A stretch of 64,000 bases of DNA from Dysgonamonadaceae bacterium (GCA_031275735.1 JAISOJ010000077.1:17254-81253), one strand, 5' to 3'; shown: positions 31,388-40,537, counted from the first letter of the stretch. Made by a program: numbers and translations. The notes: a model not told the origin generated them from the sequence alone.

Positions 31388-33161
31388 TGGTTTGTTGTTT
31401 TAACCAAGTTTTTTCTTCGTTCGAGAGAAGCGGAGATAATGATTCGTAAACCTTTTGGTGATAAGTATTCAACCAATTGATTTCTGCTTCGTTCAACAAC
31501 GACCGGTCGATAAGTTTTTTATCTATCGGACAAAGTGTTAAAGTTTCGAAAGCGTAAAAATCGCCAAACTCCGTTGTTTGGCTGTGAACAGTGAGAATTA
31601 GGTTTTCGATGCGAATACCGTAAGCGTTGGCCCTGTACAATCCGGGCTCGTTGGAAGTAAGCATTCCGGGTTGTAGCGGCGCAGGATTGTATTCCATCCG
31701 GATATTTTGCGGTCCTTCGTGTACATTCAAGAAAAATCCGACGCCATGACCGGTTCCGTGCATGTAATTACTTGCGTTTTGCCACAAGAATTGTCGGGCA
31801 AAAGCATCCAATTGCATACCGATAGTGCCTTTGGGAAAACGGGCGGTAGCTAGGGCAATGTGTCCTTTCAATACATTGGTGTAATCTTTTTTCATCTCGG
31901 AGGAAACCTCGCCGACTGCCAGCGTGCGGGTGATATCGGTAGTTCCGTCGAGATATTGCGCTCCCGAATCAACCAAAAGAATACCTTCCGGAAAAATTTC
32001 CGCATTAGTATCTTCGGTTGCCCCGTAATGAACAATCGCTCCGTGCGGACCGTATCCGGCAATGGTTCCGAAACTTTCCCCTACATAATATGCCTGTTCA
32101 CTGCGGTATTGACGGAGTTTCCGACTGATATCCAATTCGGTTATTACGTTCCCTTCGTTTAAGTTTTTTTCCAAATCTATCAGGAATTTAACCAAAGCCG
32201 CGCCATCCCGTTGCATGGCATTCCGGATACCGCTTATTTCCTTTTCGTTTTTAATGCTTTTCAGTTGGTCGGACGGATGAACAGTTGTTTCGATAATGGA
32301 AACATTTTTCGGGATAGCCGTATAAAGTTGGTAATTAATTTTTGCAGGAGTTACTAATAGTTTGGTGTCGGCGGCCATCTGTTTTACATAATCCGTTATC
32401 TTTTCGTAAGCCGCCAATACGATGCCTTCTCCCTTCAGATAATCCGTTACTTCTTGCGTCAATTTTTCGGGATGGATGAACAAAACCGTTTCTTTTTCGG
32501 AAACTACGGCATAAGCGACGGCTACCGGGTTGTATTCCACATCGTTTCCTCGCAGGTTGAACAACCAGGCAATCGTATCCAAAGCCGCCAAAATTGTTTG
32601 TCCTGCTCCTTCTTTTTGAATAGCTTGTCTTGTTTGTTTAATTTTTTCCCTGGCGGAAATCCCGGCAAACTGTTCCGGAAGAATAAATACCGGATTGGTT
32701 GGAATGGCTGGGCGGTCGTTCCAAATGGCATTGTACGGAGCAAAAGTGCAGTTTACTTGGATGTTTTTACCGGAGAAGAATTGGATCAACGATTTGGCTT
32801 CAGACGCAGCAAAAACGGCGCCTTCCATACCGATTGTATCCCCTTCCGATAATTCGCCGGCCAACCAATCGGCAAAAGAAGGCGTATCGGGCAATCCTAT
32901 TTTGAATAATTCGATACCCGTTCCTTGCAGTTGGTCGGCTGCTTGAAGAAAATAACGGGAATCGGTCCACAACCCTGCTTGGGTTGCCGTAACAACTACC
33001 GTTCCTGCCGAACCCGTAAATCCTGAAATCCATTTCCGGGTTTTCCAATGTTCCGGAGTATATTCGCTGATGTGCGGATCGGTGGATGGAATAATACAAG
33101 CCTGGATATTTCCGGCTTTCATTGCTTCACGCAGAAGCTGAATTTTTTCTTTGACTGTCAT
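31377..33161 (-). CDS. Aminopeptidase P (M24B)
   Basis: DPHISEY, SGFTGSAG, DSGAQYLDGTTDITRT, HGTGHGVG, VHEGP, SNEPG, GIRIEN. Confidence 0.95.
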   Translation of the reverse strand: MTVKEKIQLLREAMKAGNIQACIIPSTDPHISEYTPEHWKTRKWISGFTGSAGTVVVTATQAGLWTDSRYFLQAADQLQGTGIELFKIGLPDTPSFADWLAGELSEGDTIGMEGAVFAASEAKSLIQFFSGKNIQVNCTFAPYNAIWNDRPAIPTNPVFILPEQFAGISAREKIKQTRQAIQKEGAGQTILAALDTIAWLFNLRGNDVEYNPVAVAYAVVSEKETVLFIHPEKLTQEVTDYLKGEGIVLAAYEKITDYVKQMAADTKLLVTPAKINYQLYTAIPKNVSIIETTVHPSDQLKSIKNEKEISGIRNAMQRDGAALVKFLIDLEKNLNEGNVITELDISRKLRQYRSEQAYYVGESFGTIAGYGPHGAIVHYGATEDTNAEIFPEGILLVDSGAQYLDGTTDITRTLAVGEVSSEMKKDYTNVLKGHIALATARFPKGTIGMQLDAFARQFLWQNASNYMHGTGHGVGFFLNVHEGPQNIRMEYNPAPLQPGMLTSNEPGLYRANAYGIRIENLILTVHSQTTEFGDFYAFETLTLCPIDKKLIDRSLLNEAEINWLNTYHQKVYESLSPLLSNEEKTWLKQQTNEI

Positions 33162-33786
33162 GTTCTCGATGTTTTTTAGCAATTAATTCTTCCCAGCAAA
33201 GCCAAAGAAGAAAAATGATTGTATAGTAAATGTATCTGAAAATACCATCGTGCAGGGAATCGAATCTATCTTGCTCATTGGCATGACCGCTGGTTAACAT
33301 TATGATAAGACCGATTCTTGTAATATTATACAGCGTTAATATAACGCATCCCATCGGGATGTACCATAATTTTTTCTTCCACGGACCCAAATAACAAAGC
33401 ATGATACAACTAAAAATGGTCATTTGTTTGATTCCGGTACATCCCCAGATGATGAAATTTGATGTTTCTCCGGGAAAATATAAAAAATAGTCTTCCGTGA
33501 CAAGATTTTCTGTATTAGGAAACAAGTGAATAAACCATGACACTGATTCTGTTAGCCAGCGACAAGCCGTATAAAGCCATTCCGGCGTAATGTCTCTGCC
33601 CCAAAAGTACATAATCCCAATAGGATGTTCCGGATAATAGTCGAAATTTTTATCAAACAGGTCGCCGCTGATTGTTATTTTCCATAATCCCCAAAATAAG
33701 AAAAGCAAGAATAAGAATAATAGGGGGCCTTTATAAGGCTCCAAAAACAGTATTATTTTTTTAAATTTGTCGTTCATAGATAGCAT
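33127..33786 (-). CDS. Exosortase/archaeosortase family protein
   Basis: IIWGCTG (Cys), YNITRI (Arg), LHDGIF (His) in a multi-TM protein. Confidence 0.8.
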   Translation of the reverse strand: MLSMNDKFKKIILFLEPYKGPLLFLFLLFLFWGLWKITISGDLFDKNFDYYPEHPIGIMYFWGRDITPEWLYTACRWLTESVSWFIHLFPNTENLVTEDYFLYFPGETSNFIIWGCTGIKQMTIFSCIMLCYLGPWKKKLWYIPMGCVILTLYNITRIGLIIMLTSGHANEQDRFDSLHDGIFRYIYYTIIFLLWLCWEELIAKKHREHDSQRKNSASA

Positions 33787-34080
33787 TTTTGTTTTATCAA
33801 AAAAACAAAATTAATACTTTCTATTTTATTATAAAAATTATCACTTTTGAAGCAAGCGGTTGAAAATGAGGAGTAGCTTACCTGTTCAGGCCATATGCGG
33901 TTACGGATAAGTTACATTCAAAATGCTGTAAACCACAACGTTTTGCATTACTTCAAATAACTGTTGCAAATGTAGTAAAATAATCCGAATGACCCTGATA
34001 TTTTTATCGAATTTATTCTAAATATACATCTTTTCAAATTATTTCCTACTTTTGTAGTATATGGTAAAAATTGAAAATAA

Positions 34081-34200
34081 ATGTCAAAAGTATGCTGCAA
34101 AGATATTACAATGCTTCGTTTATTAAAGCGCGGAGATAAAATGGCTTTTGAAGCTATTTTCAGGAAATACTATGCAAAAATATATCATTGTGTTAAATAC
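34081..34200 (+). pseudogene. N-terminal remnant of an ECF sigma-70 factor
   Basis: LLKRGDKMAFEAIFRKYYAKIY, after which homology is lost. Confidence 0.6.
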
Positions 34201-35032
34201 ATATTGCTATCAGTAATGCCAAACGGCTGTTACTTTCTGTATTCCATAATTCAAAACCGAAGTATTTACAAAACTCTCTGAATGAGAGTTTTGTTGTAAA
34301 TTCAATAGACGGTATTTCGGAGAGAGGCAATTTGACAGAATGTCGATAGTTGTCGAGGCTTACAAAAATGAATTTAGGTATCATATGCGATAATTATTTT
34401 AAGTTAAATAATTAGAAATTTATACAAAAAAGTATTTTCTAGTTTTTTTGAATATTTTTTTATATAAATTTATGGTTTGAAAGTTGAATGCGCTTAGCGC
34501 TTACTATAATCATTTAAAATTATTTAAATCACGAAAAAAGTATTTTTAGTTTTTTTTTGAGTATTTTTATTGCGATACTAGTTGTATTTTGCTCCAAATT
34601 AGAAGATGAAGTTCATACTTCTGAATCTAACAAGTTATTAAAATTTGAAGATTTTGAAAAAAATGGGTATTATTCATAATCAGTTTTTAACAAATGCTAA
34701 AGCCAATCTTCAGGTAGATGCTACGATTGTAAGCCGTGATGCGGCCTTTCAGATTTTTTAAAGAACACATGAAGTGATGAGGCGAAAATTTTTTACTAAA
34801 ATTAAACAGCTTTTTGTAAAAAATAGAAAGAAAAATCTGATAAAGAAGTTTAGCCTTATAATTACTATATATCCGTATATTTTCGAAGTAATTTGTTTTA
34901 TGTAGTTTAGTTTCGTGCATCGTCCTTGCGAAGGCAAAAATCACTTACTACGTCGTACTAATGGTTTGTTTTGCTCTATACGCTAGGACGATGTATAAAA
35001 TTGCAATGTTAATTTTTAAATGCATATTATTT

Positions 35033-35245
35033 ATGATACGGAAATTTTTAAAATCTCACATTTGGATTATCGAAGGATTACTTTATGGAATTTTTATGCT
35101 TATATTCGAAATGCTATATTTGCAGTTCAGAGGGATAATTACATGGAAAAGTATACTGATTTACTTGTTTGGCGGACTTATATTAGGTTATATAACGAAT
35201 TTTTTGAAAAGCAAGCAGGAAAAAAATAAAACGAATAAGCCGTGA
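35033..35245 (+). CDS. Small two-TM membrane protein
   Basis: MIRKFLKS...GLLYGIFMLIF...LFGGLILGYI with a basic tail. Confidence 0.55.
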   Translation: MIRKFLKSHIWIIEGLLYGIFMLIFEMLYLQFRGIITWKSILIYLFGGLILGYITNFLKSKQEKNKTNKP

Positions 35246-35450
35246 TATGCAGACCGTTTTCTTTTCGATAAAATTTTCAGTTATAACCAAAAATTCTTAC
35301 CTTTCCCCTATAAATTCTACCAAGTTCTGTAAATTACGCCGGAATTATTGGAACCAAACGAAAAACTTACGATTGCCAAAAGTAACGGGCCATTCACCCC
35401 AAGCGTATTGTCGGACGCCTAAGAAAATATTTCATGGATTAACAATCAAT

Positions 35451-35920
35451 TGACATTTGAGCGGGAACGTCTGGAAGACATAGCCAAAACAATGGAAAGG
35501 ATGTATATGTCCACTTCCGATTTGCTTCGGATAAACTGAAAGATATCCGTTTTTCGGGAACCATTAAAAACGTAAGAATGTATGATTAATTTTAAATTTA
35601 AATTAAAAAAACGTTTGGTTGCTTGTTATTTCTTATTGTAGTTACCGTTCGGATTATCTGCTTTTGCCAGGTTACGGTTTCGGCAAACAATACGTCAATC
35701 AAACAGATTATCCGTAGGAACCGGCTACAGATATAGACGGCAAATTTTCCATTGAAGCGTCCGCAGTATCTACTCTGACAGTTTCTTACATTGGCTATGC
35801 ACAGCAGGACGTGAAACTTGTCGACCACCTCGACCTGCAAATCATGATGCAGGAAAGCCTGAATTCTCTCGACTAAGTGGTCGTCGTCGGCTACGGTACC
35901 CAAAAGAAAGCCACGTTGAA
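35451..35920 (+). pseudogene. Decayed FecR C-terminus and SusC N-terminus
   Basis: LTFERERLEDIAKTMERMY and DIRFSGTIKN, then TDIDGKFSIE...TVSYIGY...LD*VVVVGYGTQKKATL with stops and frameshifts. Confidence 0.8.
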
Positions 35921-36029
35921 GTGATTCATATCCTTCGTCGTCAATAAGGATTTCATTGCGACATGTTTAAAAATAATAATCTAACTTGAGCAGGAAAACT
36001 TAAAGTTTGCCCTGAATCATAAAAAATAA

Positions 36030-37013
36030 TTATTTTAACTTTTCAAATTTCTCCAACAGATTATTAATTCTGTTCCTGATTTCCTGAAAAAACTTAAAGC
36101 GTTCCCTTGCCGAAGCGCCGCTTAAAAAAAGCGATTTTGTCATTGTATCTTTCATCCATTTTTCCACTTCCGAACAAAAATATTCGTTGGAAGTAAAAAT
36201 ACCGTTTATAGTATAAAGTTTTATGGATGTAACGTTTATTCCATCCCGCTTTGTAATCATAAAATCATTCGTAATATCGACAGGGCTTAAGTACATCCGG
36301 AAAAATGCCGTTTTTCCCCTGTGTTCCTTTTCTTCCTTCACTGTATATTTTTCTATATTATCCACCAGTTGAAGAACTTGGTGGCAAATAAGAGGGAGTG
36401 TTTCCTTTTTTTCAAAACAGTTTAATTCGGAATAGTAGTCCAGCAGCCTTAATATGGGTACAATCGTATTTTTTGTCCAGATTTCCGTTGACGGGATTTG
36501 ATTATAGGCATTCCCGATTTTCTCGTAAATGACAGACAGGCGGGGAATATCCAATTGAGAAACGAACTCATCATAAGTTATCTGTAATTTATTTACGCTT
36601 CTGAACCAGGTATAAATCTTAAAAAGAGTCAGGTCAAGAAAAGGCGTAAAATGTGCTACCGGAATATCCAGCGCCATGAAATAGATTTCCTTTTCCCGGG
36701 ATTTAGAAATACTGTCGAACAAATTTACCAAATCATCCATGTAGGTATAATAATTGTTCATATCGTTCAGATCCAATGGAGTGTATTTGAACAGTATATT
36801 ATTTGATTCATAATTGATTATGGAATCCAGTGAGATGCCGAAATGACGGGATAAGGTGATTAGCTCTGTTAATGTCAGCTCTTTTTCTCCCCTGATTCTT
36901 CTGTAAGCAGAATCAGATGCTACATTTAAAACATCACAGATAACATCTACCAAACGATAATGAGATAGTAATTTGTTTTTTGCCATCTCAAAAAACAGTT
37001 TCTGAGGGTGCAT
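36030..37013 (-). CDS. HTH (BetR/XRE-like) transcriptional regulator with a large C-terminal domain
   Basis: LVDVICDVLNVASDSAYRRIRGEKELTLTELITLSRHFGISLD. Confidence 0.8.
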   Translation of the reverse strand: MHPQKLFFEMAKNKLLSHYRLVDVICDVLNVASDSAYRRIRGEKELTLTELITLSRHFGISLDSIINYESNNILFKYTPLDLNDMNNYYTYMDDLVNLFDSISKSREKEIYFMALDIPVAHFTPFLDLTLFKIYTWFRSVNKLQITYDEFVSQLDIPRLSVIYEKIGNAYNQIPSTEIWTKNTIVPILRLLDYYSELNCFEKKETLPLICHQVLQLVDNIEKYTVKEEKEHRGKTAFFRMYLSPVDITNDFMITKRDGINVTSIKLYTINGIFTSNEYFCSEVEKWMKDTMTKSLFLSGASARERFKFFQEIRNRINNLLEKFEKLK

Positions 37014-37036
37014 AATTCAATTTCTTTAATAAAACT

Positions 37037-37215
37037 CCGTAAAGTTATGAATATTTTTTAGTATAGATACATAAAAGTACAAAAACAATCAATAAATTTT
37101 ACGGAGAATCCGTAATAATTACATTGGCAGCTTGTATTTTACGGAAAAATGCAATATTTTGAAAATGCGACCGTAAAAATTCGTTTTAGCAGACAACTCT
37201 GCCGGCGTAAATTTG
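37037..37215. promoter_or_regulatory. Divergent promoter region with repeated TTACGG/CCGTAA half-sites and a -7 box
   Basis: CCGTAAA 37037-43; palindrome TTACGGA-gaa-TCCGTAA 37099-37115; TTTTACGG 37137-44 / CCGTAAAA 37171-78; TAAATTTG 37208-15. Confidence 0.65.
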
Positions 37216-37232
37216 CATTGTAAAAATGCACA

Positions 37233-38174
37233 ATGGAAAAGAATTGTATTGAAAATATTTCGGATTTTTTAGGTAGTGAGGATGAAAGATATTTTTCATC
37301 CGGTTTCAAATATGTTGATGTAGCATACGAAAATCTTATTTATCGGGAAAAGTCGCTGTCAGGCGAAGTAATAGTTAATTCGGAATGGAATAAAAAAACC
37401 GATAAATCCACTCATTTGGGCACGGTAGAGTATATCGCTATCGCATCCTCTTTGTGTGAGCAGATTCTCAAAACTAAATTTTATTTGTCTTCGCAGGAAA
37501 TAATGTCGTCATGGATATGTTATCTCAAAACAAAAATACAGTCTTGCATTGATTTGACTGAAAATACGGTTATACATGTTTCGGGAAAATTGATATTAAC
37601 TGAAAAAATACAGGATACAGTTAACCAGTATGCAAGTTCTTTTGAAATACGCATCAACAATACTTTAATCAAAATCAGGATAAACCATCCTGTCAGCTTT
37701 TGGTTCAAAGTAACAGGCGGTAATCCTGTCGAAATAAATAAATCAGGTATTTATTCCATTGGATACAAAGATAGGGAACATAGCATTGAACATATCTTCA
37801 TTGACAAAGAAACAATGAAATGCACAGCATCCGTATCAGTTCGGGATAAATATCACTGTAAATCGGGGATAGGCAGCAAATATCAAGGAATGCTGATTAC
37901 GGATATCATTATAATATCAGGTCAGCTAGTGCAAACGCTGTTTTACACAATAGAGCAAACAAGCAGGCGTGATGCCGGAAATATTTGGCTGAAGGAATTT
38001 GAAGTAACGATAGATAATCCGGAAAGTGAAATGTTCTACGATGCAAAATTATCTTTTGAAGATGTGAAGTTACTGAAAAAAAACGACGAAATATGGAAAA
38101 GCGTATTGTTTACAAGTAAATTGGGGAAAATATACTCAAGTATAAAAATGGTATCAAAAATAAACCAGAAATAA
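37233..38174 (+). CDS. AvrD/MmyD-family protein (putative butenolide/syringolide-type condensing enzyme)
   Basis: 313 aa; N-terminal ISDFLGSEDERYFSSGFKYV and HLGTVEY resemble the AvrD family N-terminal signature as recalled. Confidence 0.7.
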   Translation: MEKNCIENISDFLGSEDERYFSSGFKYVDVAYENLIYREKSLSGEVIVNSEWNKKTDKSTHLGTVEYIAIASSLCEQILKTKFYLSSQEIMSSWICYLKTKIQSCIDLTENTVIHVSGKLILTEKIQDTVNQYASSFEIRINNTLIKIRINHPVSFWFKVTGGNPVEINKSGIYSIGYKDREHSIEHIFIDKETMKCTASVSVRDKYHCKSGIGSKYQGMLITDIIIISGQLVQTLFYTIEQTSRRDAGNIWLKEFEVTIDNPESEMFYDAKLSFEDVKLLKKNDEIWKSVLFTSKLGKIYSSIKMVSKINQK

Positions 38175-38176
38175 AA

Positions 38177-38770
38177 ATGAAAAAAATTGCAATTACCGGA
38201 GTAAACAAACAGGACAGAATTGTACTGACGCATGCCTTGTCCTATCTTACAGGTTATGATATTGTCAGGCAGACGGCCTATCCTATTCAGGCAATTAAAT
38301 ACGGTTGGAATAATGAATTGGAAAAATGTAACTGGCAGGAATTGTTTTTATATGTTCTCGCTTCTTTTACCGAAAGAATAGAAACAGAACAGCAATGCGA
38401 ACAGTATATTTCAAACGGAAGTGTCTTTAACGAATTGGCCGATATGGAAGCGATTGTAGATTTATCTGCTTGCAGTAAACGTGAAAAGAAAGAGCAGAAG
38501 TTCATGATTGCAGGGATGGAGCAAATCATAACCGAGTATGCCGTCAAGGAATATGACTGTGTTATTCATATTAGCAACAATCAGCAAGATGGAAATGCTT
38601 TATCGGCCAATATCGACATTAATCTTGTAAAACTGACTGAAAACTGTGAGAAAGTTTACCTGATTAACAGGGAATCTGCTGTAACGGATATTTTGGAAAA
38701 AATCATTACTAATCCGAAAGTATCTCCGCAATCAGCATTGGAAAGAGCTAAGCAGGAGATCGTCAAATAA
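38177..38770 (+). CDS. Degenerate AAA_28/NMP-kinase-like paralog (Walker A lost)
   Basis: IAITGVNKQDRIVLTHALSYLTG aligns to IAISGTYSTGKTTTALALSFLTG of the next gene; shared LEKCN, FTERI, YD.(V/I)IH. Confidence 0.7.
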   Translation: MKKIAITGVNKQDRIVLTHALSYLTGYDIVRQTAYPIQAIKYGWNNELEKCNWQELFLYVLASFTERIETEQQCEQYISNGSVFNELADMEAIVDLSACSKREKKEQKFMIAGMEQIITEYAVKEYDCVIHISNNQQDGNALSANIDINLVKLTENCEKVYLINRESAVTDILEKIITNPKVSPQSALERAKQEIVK

Positions 38771-38787
38771 CTTCAAATTATACCGTT

Positions 38788-39513
38788 ATGAAGATTGCAA
38801 TAAGTGGAACATATTCAACAGGAAAAACAACGACAGCTCTTGCGTTGAGTTTTTTAACCGGAATTATGGTTACTCATGCCAGGACTATGCGGGAAATATT
38901 GCCGGATACTTTTCCGGGCAAAAAACTGGAAAAATGTAATTTTCACGAATTAATGGAATTGGGGGTGAGAAGATTTACAGAGAGAATTATTACTGAAAAG
39001 AGCATAAAAGACTCTTTTATTTCGGATGGATGTCCCTTACAGGAATGGATTTACGGCACAACGAGGATGATAACAGGGCTTAATCCTTCTGAAAAACCGT
39101 GGAAAATAAAGTTGCATAAGAAACTGTTTTCTCCCGAATGGCGCATTTTTGAAAGCAGTATCTCGTCATTTGGACAAATTGTAAAAAAATATACAAAAAC
39201 TCATTACGATGCAATTATTCATTTGCCGGTTGAATTTCCTTTTGTTGCAGACGGTCACCGCCCAACGAGCGAAACATACCGCAACGAATCTGAAAAATTG
39301 CTTTGTCAAACTTATAAAGAATTGAATATCAACATTCTTAAAGCAAACGGAAGCATGAAGGAACGTTTGGTTAAAATTGTTAAAGAATTGAATTTGAATA
39401 TGATTATAAGTATTGAAGATGCAATTAGAAAAGCGCATACGGTACGTAAAAATAAATTTGATTCTATGAAATTTGAAACGAGTAAATTTAATGTTTTAAA
39501 TTACGTAATATAG
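38788..39513 (+). CDS. AAA_28 (NadR/Ttd14-like) P-loop kinase
   Basis: MKIAISGTYSTGKTTT; FISDG; YDAIIHLPVEF; DGHRP. Confidence 0.8.
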   Translation: MKIAISGTYSTGKTTTALALSFLTGIMVTHARTMREILPDTFPGKKLEKCNFHELMELGVRRFTERIITEKSIKDSFISDGCPLQEWIYGTTRMITGLNPSEKPWKIKLHKKLFSPEWRIFESSISSFGQIVKKYTKTHYDAIIHLPVEFPFVADGHRPTSETYRNESEKLLCQTYKELNINILKANGSMKERLVKIVKELNLNMIISIEDAIRKAHTVRKNKFDSMKFETSKFNVLNYVI

Positions 39514-39562
39514 TTATTTACAATATATTAGAGCAAAAAATAATAAAATAAAAAGAAATGTC

Positions 39563-39940
39563 ATGAAAAAGTTAGTTGATTTAGTGAAGTTAGATCGTTT
39601 AGACAATCTTATTAGAAGAGAAGCCACAGGAACTCCTGATGAATTAGCTGAAAAATTAAGAATGTCACGTAGTAATTTATTTGAATTCATATCATTCTTA
39701 AAGTATGAAATGTCTGCACCTATATTTTATAATAAAGTAAAAGCATCATACATATATACCTATGTTCCCAAATTTTACCTGGGATTTGAGATGAACAAGC
39801 TTCAAAAAACAGAAATGTACGCTATAATCAGCAGTATCGGTGAAGAAAAAGTCATTGATAATAAAGGAAAAGATACAAAAAATTTTGTATTTGATGATAA
39901 TACCTTGTTTAATGGATTTTTTCCGGAGGATTTATATTAA
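39563..39940 (+). CDS. Small winged-HTH DNA-binding protein with a leader-peptide-like C-terminal segment
   Basis: LDRLDNLIRREATGTPDELAEKLRMSRSNLFEFISFLK...APIFYN...SYIY. Confidence 0.75.
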   Translation: MKKLVDLVKLDRLDNLIRREATGTPDELAEKLRMSRSNLFEFISFLKYEMSAPIFYNKVKASYIYTYVPKFYLGFEMNKLQKTEMYAIISSIGEEKVIDNKGKDTKNFVFDDNTLFNGFFPEDLY

Positions 39941-39957
39941 TAATTAAATTATAAAAA

Positions 39958-40164
39958 ATGAAAAAAAATACAGAAGAAAATTTGAGTCGAATATCCTATT
40001 ATTCTGACTTTGAAAGTGATTTAATTTCTCTTTCAGAACTCTTCAATACAATTGGCGGCATAGAATTAAGCCATGTATCGGATATTCCAAAGATAGAGAA
40101 TATCAACTTTGACAGAGTTTCTAGTAACGATTATTTAATTCGAAAAAGTAAAGGTTTCAGTTAA
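39958..40164 (+). CDS. Second double-glycine leader-type small peptide (Cys-free core)
   Basis: ISLSELFNTIGG matches the (L/I)-12,E-8,L-7,GG leader register; core IELSHVSDIPKIENINFDRVSSNDYLIRKSKGFS. Confidence 0.5.
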   Translation: MKKNTEENLSRISYYSDFESDLISLSELFNTIGGIELSHVSDIPKIENINFDRVSSNDYLIRKSKGFS

Positions 40165-40184
40165 ATTATTCCATTTAAATTATT

Positions 40185-40221
40185 CAGTCCAAAGATTTTG
40201 GACTGTGAAGCTTTATCTTTG
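40185..40221 (+). promoter_or_regulatory. Operator palindrome and -7 promoter box upstream of the RiPP precursor
   Basis: CAGTCCAAA-gat-TTTGGACTG (40185-40205) followed by TATCTTTG (40214-40221), the Bacteroidetes TAnnTTTG consensus. Confidence 0.7.
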
Positions 40222-40270
40222 TTGTGAGTTTGAAAATTATCAGTATTAATAACTTTCTAAAAAAAAATGT

Positions 40271-40447
40271 ATGAAAAATTTAGAAAAACTTAGTTTAGAC
40301 GTTAAAAGTCAAATTGAAGAAGCTCGTTTAAATGCGAGCGAGTTAATGAGTGTAGAAGGCGGCTTAGATGTCGATGCGGACGATGATTGGTGTTTGTTCC
40401 AACAATGTCAGTCAGGAGCAGAAAAAATCTGTTATACTGGTGTATAA
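40271..40447 (+). CDS. RiPP precursor peptide, 58 aa, double-glycine leader (absent from the ORF track)
   Basis: Translated by hand: MKNLEKLSLDVKSQIEEARLNASELMSVEGG|LDVDADDDWCLFQQCQSGAEKICYTGV*; immediately upstream of the rSAM gene. Confidence 0.9.
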   Translation: MKNLEKLSLDVKSQIEEARLNASELMSVEGGLDVDADDDWCLFQQCQSGAEKICYTGV

Positions 40448-40461
40448 TTGAGATTTTTATG

Positions 40462-40490
40462 AAGTAAGGTAGAAGAAATCTACCTTACTT
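40462..40490 (+). terminator. Stem-loop between the precursor and rSAM genes (attenuator or mRNA stabiliser)
   Basis: AAGTAAGGTAGA-agaaa-TCTACCTTACTT perfect 12-bp stem. Confidence 0.8.
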
Positions 40491-40537
40491 TCTCTTACAA
40501 TTAAAACAATTGGATATAAAATATAGATTTTTACAAT

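Noticed and set aside
34663-34776. Short + strand ORF with DATIVSRDAAF, reminiscent of a PIN-domain C-terminus
   Set aside because: Too short, with no supporting N-terminal motif or antitoxin
35598-35903. 101-aa minus-strand ORF
   Set aside because: Antisense shadow of the susC pseudogene
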